The notes under the pieces are model-generated. The model ran no database searches. It was not told where the DNA came from and was given only the letters and a program-made list of their open reading frames with translations. Below, one piece after another: positions 38,798 through 48,803 of a DNA stretch of 64,000 nucleotides. Positions within the stretch are counted from its first letter, which is position 1. Each line of letters opens with the position of its first letter. The translations under genes and the position numbers were made by a program. This DNA is from Polaribacter sp. (GTDB taxonomy: Bacteria; Bacteroidota; Bacteroidia; Flavobacteriales; Flavobacteriaceae): contig CBFHKA010000041.1 in the NCBI GenBank assembly GCA_965656305.1, positions 41,340-105,339 of the forward strand, given 5' to 3'.

Positions 38798-39937
38798 ATG
38801 AGTTTTAAAAAACAAGATATATACAACGCATTAGAAACAATTACTGCACCTGGAGAAGGTAAAAGTTTAATTGAAAATAATAATGTTAAAAACATAGTTA
38901 TTTTTGGAGACGAGGTAAACGTAGATGTTACTATTAGCAATCCAACTTTGCAAGCCAAAAAGAAAGTAGAGGCAGAAATTACTAAGGCAATCAAAACTAA
39001 AGTAAATGAAAAAATTGATGTGAAAATCAATTTGAAAGTTGAAAAAACTGCACCAAAAGAAGATCCAAATTTAATTAAAGGAAAGCCAATTCCAAATATT
39101 AAAAATATCATTGCAGTGGCTTCTGGAAAAGGTGGAGTAGGAAAATCTACTGTAACTTCTAACTTGGCTGTTACCTTAGCAAAAATGGGCTTCAGTGTTG
39201 GTGTTTTAGACGCAGATGTTTATGGTCCATCTCAACACATTATGTTTGATGTTGAAAAAGAAAGACCTCTTTCTGTAAATGTAGATGGGCGTTCTAAAAT
39301 GAAACCAATCGAAAACTATGGCGTAAAATTATTGTCTTTAGGGTTTTTTACAAATCCAGATCAAGCTGTAATTTGGAGAGGGCCTATGGCTTCAAAAGCG
39401 CTAAAACAATTGATTTTTGATGGTGCTTGGGGCGAATTAGATTTCCTTCTAATTGATTTACCTCCAGGAACAGGAGATGTGCATTTATCTATAGTACAGG
39501 CATTGCCAATTAACGGAGCAGTTGTAGTTTCTACACCTCAAAATATAGCTTTGGCAGATGCTAAAAAAGGAGTTGCTATGTTTCAACAAGATTCTATAAA
39601 GGTGCCAGTTTTAGGAATCATTGAAAATATGGCGTATTTTACACCAGAAGAATTACCAGATAATAAATATTATATCTTTGGTAAAGATGGAGCTAAAAAT
39701 TTGGCTGAAGACATTGATACCACTTTTTTAGGAGAAATTCCATTAGTACAAAGTATTCGTGAAGCTGGTGATGTTGGGCATCCAGTAGCTTTACAAGAAG
39801 GTACTGTTTTAGAGCAATCATTTAGTGATATAACTAAAGAAATGGTAGCTCAATTATTGAAAAGAAATGAAAATTTACCACCAACAGAAGTTGTTAGAAT
39901 TACAACAATGAGTGGTTGTAGTGCAGTAAAAAAATAG
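38798..39937 (+). CDS. mrp: Mrp/NBP35 (ApbC) Fe-S cluster carrier ATPase
   Basis: ASGKGGVGKST, DADVYGPS, WRGPM, DLPPGTGD, ENMAYF. Confidence 0.96.
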   Translation: MSFKKQDIYNALETITAPGEGKSLIENNNVKNIVIFGDEVNVDVTISNPTLQAKKKVEAEITKAIKTKVNEKIDVKINLKVEKTAPKEDPNLIKGKPIPNIKNIIAVASGKGGVGKSTVTSNLAVTLAKMGFSVGVLDADVYGPSQHIMFDVEKERPLSVNVDGRSKMKPIENYGVKLLSLGFFTNPDQAVIWRGPMASKALKQLIFDGAWGELDFLLIDLPPGTGDVHLSIVQALPINGAVVVSTPQNIALADAKKGVAMFQQDSIKVPVLGIIENMAYFTPEELPDNKYYIFGKDGAKNLAEDIDTTFLGEIPLVQSIREAGDVGHPVALQEGTVLEQSFSDITKEMVAQLLKRNENLPPTEVVRITTMSGCSAVKK

Positions 39938-39940
39938 ATC

Positions 39941-40177
39941 ATGACAGCAGAAGAAACACAAAATAATGTTGAAAAAGCTTTAGACGAGATTCGTCCTTTT
40001 TTAATGAGTGATGGAGGTAATATCAAGTTACTTTCTATAGAAGAATCAATTGTAAAAGTACAATTAGAAGGTGCTTGCACTGGTTGTTCTGTAAATCAAA
40101 TGACGCTTAAAAATGGTGTAGAGGCTACTATTAAAAAATATGCTCCACATATTGAAGAAGTGATTAATATAGCCTAA
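39941..40177 (+). CDS. NifU C-terminal domain (Nfu-like) protein
   Basis: IRPFLMSDGGNI, GACTGC (CxxC), TLKNGVE. Confidence 0.93.
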   Translation: MTAEETQNNVEKALDEIRPFLMSDGGNIKLLSIEESIVKVQLEGACTGCSVNQMTLKNGVEATIKKYAPHIEEVINIA

Positions 40178-40252
40178 TCTTTCAGTTATTGAGAGTTTAC
40201 CAAGCAATCTATTTATTAAAATGAAATTTGTATTTTAGTTAAAAATAGAAAT

Positions 40253-40789
40253 ATGATTTTGAAACCTTTTTTGTTGGTCATAAATTGTTTTGGTTATCAA
40301 AATGACCCAAATGGATATGATTTATTTATGTTTGGGTTAGGTTCATTTGTAGTTATTTCTATTTTATTTTTTTACTACAACAAAATTCCAAAAAGTAAAT
40401 TTGAAGAAAATGATATGGAAATCGAAAGAAAAGTTTCACGATTACCTAAATTGATCCTTTATCTTTTAATCATAATTCCAAGTATAATTATACTGGTTGA
40501 TTTTTTTAATTTTGGAAACCTTTTTAAAGATTTTGATGTATTTATGTTAATATTTTTAACCACAATGGTTTTATATTTAAACATTTCTCCAGAAATTAAA
40601 AAAATAGTTTATAAACCCCAATTAGATAACCCAATTTACCAAACAAAAGATATTTTGTTACAATCAAATTCTGCTGATGCAACTTTTGTTATTGCAGAAA
40701 GAAAAATGGCTACTTGGGTTAAAGTATTAGTATTTTTTTTAATTCTGATTTTTGCATTTACACCATTTCAAGAATTTTTAGGAATATAA
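40253..40789 (+). CDS. Hypothetical membrane protein
   Basis: 178 aa with four hydrophobic segments. Confidence 0.6.
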   Translation: MILKPFLLVINCFGYQNDPNGYDLFMFGLGSFVVISILFFYYNKIPKSKFEENDMEIERKVSRLPKLILYLLIIIPSIIILVDFFNFGNLFKDFDVFMLIFLTTMVLYLNISPEIKKIVYKPQLDNPIYQTKDILLQSNSADATFVIAERKMATWVKVLVFFLILIFAFTPFQEFLGI

Positions 40790-40917
40790 TTTTAAATTAT
40801 TATCTATCAGACTTTTCCTATCTTTGTAAAAACAACGAAATCGATTGAGATGTTTTCAGATTTACTTTCACTTCTAAAATTCTTAATAAAACGCAATCCA
40901 GAATGATGCTTCTTTCA

Positions 40918-40943
40918 GTCATTCTGAATATGTTTCAGAATCT
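40918..40943. repeat. Short REP-like hairpin in the hmgA leader
   Basis: gtc-attctgaa-tatgt-ttcagaat-ct, downstream of TATCTTTG at 40820-40827. Confidence 0.85.
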
Positions 40944-41040
40944 CAATATTTCTGAATTCTGTACTTCACTTTATTCAATTTAGCTTTAAAAATGAATTGT
41001 TTAGAAAACGATTCAACAGTCTAACAATTAAACATTTTTT

Positions 41041-42198
41041 ATGCCTTTTTATCATAAATTAGGAAGTATTCCGCCTAAAAGACATACACAGTTTCGTAAA
41101 AAAGACGGAAGTTTATATTATGAACAACTCTTTGGTACTATTGGTTTTGACGGAATGTCCACCAACTCTTACCACGAACATAGACCAACAATGGTCAAAT
41201 CAATAGGAAAGCAATATTCCGTAAAACCAAAAATTGCAAAAGCAAATAACATTCAATCTTATCGTTTTCGAGGATTTCAAGTAAAACCAGAAAACGATTA
41301 CTTGGAAAGTAGAAAAATCGTATTAACAAATTCCGATTGTAATATTATTCTGTCAGCTCCAAAAAAATCTACAACTGATTATTTTTATAAAAATACAGAT
41401 GCAGACGAAGTAATTTTTATTCATAAAGGAACAGGAAAACTAAGAACGCATTTAGGAAATATCGATTTTAAATACGGAGATTATCTAGTAATTCCACGTG
41501 GAATTATTTACAAATTAGATTTCGATGATGAAAATAACAGACTTTTTATAGTTGAGTCCTATTCTCCTGTTTACACACCAAAACGTTACAGAAATTGGTT
41601 TGGTCAATTATTAGAACATTCACCATTTTGTGAACGTGATTTACGAAGACCTCAAGAATTAGAAACGTATAATGAACTTGGAGATTTCCTCATCAAAGTA
41701 AAAAAACAAGGCGAAATTATAGAAATGACTTATGCCTCACATCCTTTTGATGTGGTTGGTTATGATGGTTACAATTTTCCGTATGCATTTTCAATTCACG
41801 ATTTTGAGCCAATTACAGGTAGAATTCATCAACCACCTCCTGTGCATCAAACTTTTGAAACAAATACCTTTGTAATTTGCAGTTTTGTGCCACGTTTGTA
41901 CGATTATCACCCAAATTCAATTCCTGCACCTTACAATCACAGTAACATTGATTCTGATGAGGTTTTATACTATGTAGATGGCGATTTTATGAGCAGAAAC
42001 GATATTGAAGCTGGACATATTTCTTTGCATCCTGCAGGCATTCCTCATGGTCCACATCCAGGAGCCACAGAACGTAGTATTGGAGAAACTGTTACAGAAG
42101 AATTGGCAGTTATGGTAGATACTTTTAAACCTTTACAGGTAACAGAAGAAGCCATGAAAATTGCTGATGAAGATTATTTTAAATCGTGGTTGGAGTAA
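41041..42198 (+). CDS. hmgA: Homogentisate 1,2-dioxygenase
   Basis: YEQLFGTIGF, HQPPPVHQTF, PYNHSNIDSDE, HPAGIPHGPHPG. Confidence 0.95.
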   Translation: MPFYHKLGSIPPKRHTQFRKKDGSLYYEQLFGTIGFDGMSTNSYHEHRPTMVKSIGKQYSVKPKIAKANNIQSYRFRGFQVKPENDYLESRKIVLTNSDCNIILSAPKKSTTDYFYKNTDADEVIFIHKGTGKLRTHLGNIDFKYGDYLVIPRGIIYKLDFDDENNRLFIVESYSPVYTPKRYRNWFGQLLEHSPFCERDLRRPQELETYNELGDFLIKVKKQGEIIEMTYASHPFDVVGYDGYNFPYAFSIHDFEPITGRIHQPPPVHQTFETNTFVICSFVPRLYDYHPNSIPAPYNHSNIDSDEVLYYVDGDFMSRNDIEAGHISLHPAGIPHGPHPGATERSIGETVTEELAVMVDTFKPLQVTEEAMKIADEDYFKSWLE

Positions 42199-42200
42199 TC

Positions 42201-42226
42201 TGTCATTCCTTTGAAAAAGGGAATTC
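42201..42226. repeat. TGTC-tagged REP-like hairpin
   Basis: tgtc-attcctt-tgaaa-aagggaat-tc just after the hmgA stop. Confidence 0.7.
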
Positions 42227-42263
42227 AACATAAATAATTCATTAAAATAAAAAATTATTAGAA

Positions 42264-42332
42264 GCCATTTCGCGCTTTCCATTATATCTTTTTTTAAGAA
42301 AAATAAAAAAAGGATGCCATTTCAATCACGGC
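42264..42332 (+). ncRNA. Flavo-1-like structured RNA or repeat motif
   Basis: gcgctttccattatatctttttt...aaaaaaggatgccatttcaatcac resembles the Flavo-1 pattern (GCTTTCC.CTATATCTTTT..AAAAGGATG.CG.T.CAATC) as I recall it; not confirmed with a covariance model. Confidence 0.55.
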
Positions 42333-42452
42333 TAAACTAGTTTGCAGATTTAAGCGAAAAAGGAAACAAATGGCTTATTAATAATAAAAACCTGAAAGGT
42401 CTGCAAAAAAATAAAAAAAATTAAAGTACTCGTTATTCACCCAGATATGAGT

Positions 42453-42485
42453 CCCTTCCCTTTGGGAAGGTTAGGATGGGCTTTA
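42453..42485. repeat. 33-bp dispersed repeat, second copy, at the hppD 5' end
   Basis: cccttccctttgggaaggttaggatgggcttta, 32/33 identical to 23577-23609. Confidence 0.9.
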
Positions 42486-42488
42486 GTT

Positions 42489-43625
42489 ATGTATACATTA
42501 GAAAAAATATTTGAAGGAGCACAAGACTTTCTTCCATTGTTAGGTACAGATTATGTAGAGTTTTATGTAGGTAATGCAAAACAAGCAGCACATTTTTACA
42601 AAACAGCTTTTGGTTTTCAATCACACGCTTATCGTGGATTAGAAACAGGTGCAAAAGATTCTGTGAGCTATGTATTAACTCAAGACAAAATCAAGTTGAT
42701 GTTAACTACTCCATTGAATAGTAAGTCACCAATAAACGATCATATAGTAAAACATGGAGATGGAGTAAAAGTTGTAGCACTTTGGGTAGAGGATGCAAGA
42801 CAAGCTTACAAAGAAACCACTTCTAGAGGTGCAAAATCATATATGGAACCCACTGTTGAAAAAGACGAATTTGGAGAAGTGGTTAAAGCAGGAATCTATA
42901 CGTATGGAGAAACTGTACACCTATTTGTTGAGCGTAAAAACTATAAGGGAGCTTTTTTACCTGGTTTTCAAAAATGGGAATCAGATTATAATCCTCCAAT
43001 TTCAGGTTTAAAATATATAGATCATATGGTTGGCAATGTAGGTTGGAATCAAATGGATGTTTGGGTAAAATGGTATGAAGATGTTATGGGTTTTGAAAAC
43101 TTTTTATCTTTTGATGACAAGCAGATCCATACAGAATATTCAGCATTAATGAGTAAAGTAATGTCTAATGGAAATGGACGCATAAAATTCCCAATAAACG
43201 AACCAGCAAAAGGTAAAAAACGTTCTCAAATTGAAGAATATTTAGATTTTTACGAAGGTGCTGGAGTACAACACATAGCTGTAGCTACAGATGATATTTT
43301 AAAAACAGTTTCTCAATTAAGAGCAAATGGAGTCGAGTTTTTATCAACACCTCCAGATGAATATTATAAGTCAGTTCCTGGACGTTTAGAAGAATTTAGT
43401 CATGAATTAAGAGAAGATATTGAAAAACTGAAAGATTTGGGAATTATGATAGATGCTGATGAAGAAGGATATTTGTTACAAATTTTCACAAAACCTGTTG
43501 AAGATAGACCAACCTTGTTTTTTGAAATTATCCAAAGAATGGGAGCCAAAGGTTTTGGTGCAGGAAACTTTAAAGCGTTGTTTGAATCGATAGAAAGAGA
43601 ACAAGCAAAAAGAGGAACACTTTAA
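42489..43625 (+). CDS. hppD: 4-hydroxyphenylpyruvate dioxygenase (alternative in-frame start at 42447)
   Basis: DYVEFYVGNAKQAAHFY, IDHMVGNV, GAGVQHIA, LLQIFTKP, GFGAGNFKALFE. Confidence 0.97.
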   Translation: MYTLEKIFEGAQDFLPLLGTDYVEFYVGNAKQAAHFYKTAFGFQSHAYRGLETGAKDSVSYVLTQDKIKLMLTTPLNSKSPINDHIVKHGDGVKVVALWVEDARQAYKETTSRGAKSYMEPTVEKDEFGEVVKAGIYTYGETVHLFVERKNYKGAFLPGFQKWESDYNPPISGLKYIDHMVGNVGWNQMDVWVKWYEDVMGFENFLSFDDKQIHTEYSALMSKVMSNGNGRIKFPINEPAKGKKRSQIEEYLDFYEGAGVQHIAVATDDILKTVSQLRANGVEFLSTPPDEYYKSVPGRLEEFSHELREDIEKLKDLGIMIDADEEGYLLQIFTKPVEDRPTLFFEIIQRMGAKGFGAGNFKALFESIEREQAKRGTL

Positions 43626-43646
43626 AAATTTGAATTAAGATAAAAA

Positions 43647-43760
43647 AGAACCAAGAGTCAAGATAGGTTGGCTAGATGTTTTTTGTGTTTTTATAATTAG
43701 TTTTATATTAAATTGCAATCCAAAGCACCAAAAATCAATTTCATATTGTTTCTTGGTTCT
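43647..43760. repeat. Inverted-repeat-bounded intergenic element
   Basis: agaaccaaga (43647-43656) and tcttggttct (43751-43760), with further outer aagat/atctt match. Confidence 0.5.
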
Positions 43761-43785
43761 AACAAATCTTGAATCTAAAAAGAAA

Positions 43786-44703
43786 ATGGAAAGAGACAAA
43801 ATTTTAAAAGCCATAGAAGAAAAGTACGATAAATTAGGTGTTCCAGTAGATGCCATGTTAGAAGGTTTATTGCATAGCACACCTATTACTTATTGGGATT
43901 ATATTCAAACAGATGCATTGTTAGGTTTGCAAACACCAAGAACAAATCAACCTGATGAAATGGTGTTTATCATGTATCATCAAGTAAATGAATTATTATT
44001 TAAAATGGTTTTGTGGGAAATAGATCAAGTTGCAAAATCAATAGAAATTACAGCTGATAAATTTTCGCTTCACCTAGGCAGAATAAGTAGGTATTTTGAT
44101 ATGTTATGCAGTTCATTTACAGTAATGGCTGATGGAATGGAGCGTGAGCAATATTTAAAATTCAGAAATACATTAACACCAGCAAGTGGTTTTCAGAGTG
44201 CACAATACAGAAAAATTGAATTTGCTTCAACTGAATTAATTAATTTAATTGATGTTCGTTATAGAGATTCTATTGATAGAAATTCATCATTCAAAAATGC
44301 TTATAACCATTTGTATTGGCAAGCTGCTGGAAAAAATTATACTACAGGTCAAAAATCAACCTTATTAAATCTTTTTGAAAAAAAATATATGGGAGATTTT
44401 ATAGATTTTATGGAAGATTATAATGATATCAATCTGTCTTTAAAATTCAAACAATTGCCTAAAGAAGTTCAAGAAAATAAAGATTTAATAAAAGCAATGC
44501 GTCATTATGATTATACTGTAAATGTAAAGTGGGTTATGGCTCATTATAATGCTGCAGCAAAATATATTGGAGGAGATGACTCTGATTTAAAAGCTACTGG
44601 TGGTAGTAATTGGCGTAAATATATGCACCCTAAATACCAAAGAAGAATTTTCTTTCCTTATTTATGGAGTGAAGATGAATTAATAAACTGGGGTGCATTT
44701 TAG
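43786..44703 (+). CDS. kynA: Tryptophan 2,3-dioxygenase family protein
   Basis: YWDYIQTDALL, DEMVFIMYHQVNELLFK, FRNTLTPASGFQSAQYR, ATGGSNW. Confidence 0.92.
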   Translation: MERDKILKAIEEKYDKLGVPVDAMLEGLLHSTPITYWDYIQTDALLGLQTPRTNQPDEMVFIMYHQVNELLFKMVLWEIDQVAKSIEITADKFSLHLGRISRYFDMLCSSFTVMADGMEREQYLKFRNTLTPASGFQSAQYRKIEFASTELINLIDVRYRDSIDRNSSFKNAYNHLYWQAAGKNYTTGQKSTLLNLFEKKYMGDFIDFMEDYNDINLSLKFKQLPKEVQENKDLIKAMRHYDYTVNVKWVMAHYNAAAKYIGGDDSDLKATGGSNWRKYMHPKYQRRIFFPYLWSEDELINWGAF

Positions 44704-44869
44704 GCTGAAAAAGAAATTCATTTTTTTATTGAACTCGTAAAAAGTAACATTTCTTACCAAAACAGGAATCTAAATAAATCGTTAAAAATTCATTTAGAAA
44801 CAGTTAGTAAGTTACTTTTTTTCTTTTTGGAACGGTAATTGTCAATACTTTTTTATAAGTTTGATTTTT

Positions 44870-45640
44870 ATGAAAAAGTATATCCTATTATTTTTTATCA
44901 CATTTTTTTCTATAAATACTAATAGTCAAGAAAAAATTACCGCTTTTAAAAGTGGAGAATGGCTAAGTTATAAAATGAGTTATAGTGGTTTCTTAAGAGC
45001 AGGATCTGCTGTTTTGGAAGTTAATGAGAAAGATTATAAAGGTAAGAAAGTTTTTTACACCAAAGGCACAGGCTGGACATCTGGAATGATAAAATGGTTT
45101 TTTGAAGTAGATGATACTTATGAGTCTTATTTTGATATGGACACTATAAAGCCTTATCTTTTTAAAAGGAAGATTGATGAAGGAGGTTATAAAAAGCATA
45201 GAATAACTTCTTTTAATTACGAGTCTAAACAAGCATATATACAAGATTTTACCAATCAAAAAGATACTTCTGTAGCATTTACAAATGTCCAAGATATGAT
45301 GTCTTCTTTTTATTTTCTAAGAAATATAGAAACTAAGAATTTAAAAAATGGAGATGAAATTGCTTTAGATATGTTTATGGATTCTCAAGTATACCCTTTT
45401 AAATTGCGTTTTTTAGGAAAACAAGTATTAAAAACAAAATTCGGAAAAGTCAATTCTTTGGTTTTTAAACCATTGGTTCAGTCAGGTAGAATTTTTAAAG
45501 AGCAAGAAAGTGTTACCATTTGGATAACAGATGATGCAAATAAAATACCTATAAAAATGCAAGCTTCTTTAGCTGTAGGTTCTTTACGTGCTGAGTTAGA
45601 AAAGTATAAAGGATTAGCAAATCCTTTTAAGAAAATTTAG
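44870..45640 (+). CDS. DUF3108 domain protein
   Basis: Signal peptide, GEWLSYKMSYS, VDDTYESY, WITDDANKIP..L.VGS. Confidence 0.85.
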   Translation: MKKYILLFFITFFSINTNSQEKITAFKSGEWLSYKMSYSGFLRAGSAVLEVNEKDYKGKKVFYTKGTGWTSGMIKWFFEVDDTYESYFDMDTIKPYLFKRKIDEGGYKKHRITSFNYESKQAYIQDFTNQKDTSVAFTNVQDMMSSFYFLRNIETKNLKNGDEIALDMFMDSQVYPFKLRFLGKQVLKTKFGKVNSLVFKPLVQSGRIFKEQESVTIWITDDANKIPIKMQASLAVGSLRAELEKYKGLANPFKKI

Positions 45641-45741
45641 AAAAATTTAACGAAACCGTTTTATGAAGTTCTATTCATTCCTTTCTATATAAATCAATTT
45701 TATTTGTACTTTTGGATTTGATTTAAAATAGTTCAATTTCC

Positions 45742-47010
45742 TTGAAAAAATTACTGATTCTCCTTGCTTTTACATTATCATTTTCTTCTTGTACAAAAGA
45801 GAAAACTAAACCAGTTATTGTTAAAAAGGAAGCTCCAAAACCAGAAATTAGATTTGGTTATAAAATTGATGATTATAAAGTAATTCAAGATACCATTAAA
45901 AGGGGAGAAAGTTTTGGGATAATTTTAGATAGGCATCATGTAATGTATCCTAAAATAAACCAAATAGCAGCTGTTGTAAAAGATACTTTTGATGTAAGAA
46001 GAGTAAGAGCAGGTAAACCATATACTATTTTAGCAAGTAAAGACTCTACTGAAAAAGCGCAAGTTTTTATTTACAAACACGATAAAATAAATGCAACTAT
46101 CTTAGATTTTAAAGACTCTTTAATTACAGCAGTTCAATACAAAAAACCAATCAAAATTGTAGAGAAAGAGGCTAATGGAGTTATAAACTCTAATTTTACT
46201 TTTTCTATGGATAGTTTAGGGTTAAAACCAAATTTAACTTACAAAATTGCTGATATTTATGCTTGGACTTTAGATTTTTTAAGACTTCAAAAAGGAGATA
46301 AATTTAAAATAGTTTATGAAGAGAAATTCATTGACGATTCTACTTTTGCAGGTTATGGAAAAGTAAAATCTGCAGTATTTAATCATAATGGAAAAGATTT
46401 ATATGCATTTCGATTTTTAGCAGATTCAATTTTAAATATTCACGAATATTATGATGAAAACGCTAAAATGTTAAGAAGTCAGTTTTTAAAATCACCTATT
46501 AAGTTTCAATATCGAATTTCCTCGAGGTATAATTTAAGAAGAAGAATAGCCTATTATGGAAATAGAGTAAAACCTCATAGAGGAACTGATTTTGCTGCAA
46601 GAGTTGGTACTCCAATTATTGCTACAGCAAATGGTACAGTTACAGAATCTACAAGAAGAGGAGGTAATGGAAAGTTTGTAAAAATAAAACACAATAGTAC
46701 TTATTCTACTCAATATTTGCACATGAGCAGAAGAAAAGTAAAAAAAGGTCAATTTGTTAAACAAGGTGATGTAATTGGTTATGTAGGAATGACAGGAAAT
46801 ACTGGAGGACCACATGTCTGTTATCGTTTTTGGAAATATGGTAAACAAGTAGACCCTTTAAAAGAAAAACTCCCAGCTGCTAAACCTATGAAAAAAGAGG
46901 TGAAACCTACTTTTTTCGAGTTTATAAAACCACTAAAATATCAATTAGATTACAAAAGAGTTCCATTACAGGAGCCTGAAGAAATTACAGAAACTATAGC
47001 ACAAAATTAA
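45742..47010 (+). CDS. M23 family peptidoglycan DD-metalloendopeptidase (lipoprotein, TTG start)
   Basis: SFSSC lipobox; [23 protein letters not shown]. Confidence 0.93.
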   Translation: MKKLLILLAFTLSFSSCTKEKTKPVIVKKEAPKPEIRFGYKIDDYKVIQDTIKRGESFGIILDRHHVMYPKINQIAAVVKDTFDVRRVRAGKPYTILASKDSTEKAQVFIYKHDKINATILDFKDSLITAVQYKKPIKIVEKEANGVINSNFTFSMDSLGLKPNLTYKIADIYAWTLDFLRLQKGDKFKIVYEEKFIDDSTFAGYGKVKSAVFNHNGKDLYAFRFLADSILNIHEYYDENAKMLRSQFLKSPIKFQYRISSRYNLRRRIAYYGNRVKPHRGTDFAARVGTPIIATANGTVTESTRRGGNGKFVKIKHNSTYSTQYLHMSRRKVKKGQFVKQGDVIGYVGMTGNTGGPHVCYRFWKYGKQVDPLKEKLPAAKPMKKEVKPTFFEFIKPLKYQLDYKRVPLQEPEEITETIAQN

Positions 47011-47014
47011 GAAA

Positions 47015-48583
47015 ATGGCTTTACCAAACATTAATCCAACCCAAACAGCTTCGTGGCAAAAACTAACAAAACACTTTAATGATATTAAAAATATCACTAT
47101 CAAAGATTTGTCTAAAGATGAAAATAGAGTCTCTGAGTTTTCTTTATCGTTAAATGATTTGATGGTAGATTTTTCTAAAAATAGAATCACTAAAGAAACG
47201 TTAGATTTATTAGTAGAATTGGCAAATGAAATTGAGTTAAAAAAAGCGATAGAATGTCAATTTTCTGGAGAAGTAATTAATGTTACTGAAGGAAGAGCGG
47301 TAATGCATACTGCATTAAGAAGCACTTCTGAAGAGCCAGTTTTAGTAGATGGAAAAAACATTAAACCTCAAATACAATCAGCTTTAAGAAAAATTAAAAG
47401 TTTTTCTAATAAAGTAATTTCTGGAAAATGGAAAGGATATACAGGAAAATCAATTACAGACGTTGTTAATATTGGAATTGGAGGTTCAGATTTAGGGCCA
47501 GATATGATTGTTGAATCATTAAAATTCTATAAAAATCAATTAAATACAAATTTTGTTTCTAATGTTGATGGAGATCACGTTTCTGAAATCATTAAAACCT
47601 TAAATCCAGAAACAACACTTTTTGTAATTGTTTCAAAAACATTTACAACTCAAGAAACCATTTCTAATGCAGAAACCATTAAAAACTGGTTTTTAAAATC
47701 GGCTACTATTTTTGATATTCCAAAACATTTTGTGGCAGTTTCAACAAATTTAGAAGCTGTAGATAGTTTTGGAATCGATAAAAAGAATGTTTTCCCAATG
47801 TGGAATTGGGTTGGAGGTCGTTTCTCTCTTTGGTCTGCTGTGGGTTTATCTATTAGTTTGTCAGTTGGTTTTGATAATTATAGAGCTTTATTAGATGGAG
47901 CAGAAGAAATGGATATTCACTTTAGAAATGAAGATTTTGATAAAAACATACCTGTTGTTTTAGCTTTAATTAGCATTTGGTATAATAATTTTTATATGGC
48001 AGAAACAGAAGCTGTTTTACCATATTCACAATATTTAAAAAAGCTTCCCGATTATTTACAACAAGCCATTATGGAAAGTAATGGAAAAGGTGTAGATAGA
48101 AATGGAGATAAAATAGATTACCAAACAGGAACCATTGTTTGGGGAAGTACAGGAACCAATATGCAGCATGCTTTTATGCAATTGGTGCACCAAGGAACGA
48201 AGTTAATTCCTGCAGATTTTATTGGCTACAAAGAATCTCTTTATGGACTAGAAGATCATCACAAAAAATTAATGGCAAATTTCTATGGACAAATGGAAGC
48301 CCTTGCTTTTGGTAAAACCAAAGAAGAGGTACATTTAGAATTACAGTTTTCTGGAGATGAGGCTAAAATAAACCAGTTGTTACCTTTTAAAGTTTTTGAA
48401 GGAAATAGACCAAGTAATGCTATTCTTTTTGATAAGCTTACACCAAAGTCTTTAGGTAAGTTAGTTGCTTTATATGAACATAAAATATACACTCAAGGTA
48501 TTTTATGGAATATTTACAGTTATGACCAATTTGGAGTAGAACTAGGTAAAGAATTAGCTAAAAAACTTTTAAACAAACAGTAA
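47015..48583 (+). CDS. pgi: Glucose-6-phosphate isomerase
   Basis: [43 protein letters not shown]. Confidence 0.98.
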   Translation: MALPNINPTQTASWQKLTKHFNDIKNITIKDLSKDENRVSEFSLSLNDLMVDFSKNRITKETLDLLVELANEIELKKAIECQFSGEVINVTEGRAVMHTALRSTSEEPVLVDGKNIKPQIQSALRKIKSFSNKVISGKWKGYTGKSITDVVNIGIGGSDLGPDMIVESLKFYKNQLNTNFVSNVDGDHVSEIIKTLNPETTLFVIVSKTFTTQETISNAETIKNWFLKSATIFDIPKHFVAVSTNLEAVDSFGIDKKNVFPMWNWVGGRFSLWSAVGLSISLSVGFDNYRALLDGAEEMDIHFRNEDFDKNIPVVLALISIWYNNFYMAETEAVLPYSQYLKKLPDYLQQAIMESNGKGVDRNGDKIDYQTGTIVWGSTGTNMQHAFMQLVHQGTKLIPADFIGYKESLYGLEDHHKKLMANFYGQMEALAFGKTKEEVHLELQFSGDEAKINQLLPFKVFEGNRPSNAILFDKLTPKSLGKLVALYEHKIYTQGILWNIYSYDQFGVELGKELAKKLLNKQ

Positions 48584-48803
48584 AAATTATATTTTAATAG
48601 CAACTAGATAAAATATTAACAAAAACCTGACTTTTTGTTAATAAATCTGTTTAAATATAAATGCTTGATTATTAATAATCAAGCATTTTTTTTCTACATT
48701 TAATTTTCTTAATTTCTTGTTAAAAATTAACGCTAAATTAACAAATCAACCATGTAAAAGTTTGACTTTTGCGAAACATTCAATAAACAAATCAAATTAA
48801 ACA

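Noticed and set aside
41490-41505. Perfect palindrome AATTCCACGTGGAATT resembling parS, inside hmgA
   Set aside because: Four outer positions differ from consensus and it is explained by codons for IPRGI; ParB ChIP would settle it
43635-43880. 81-aa minus-strand ORF
   Set aside because: Antisense to the Trp dioxygenase start and runs through the inverted-repeat spacer
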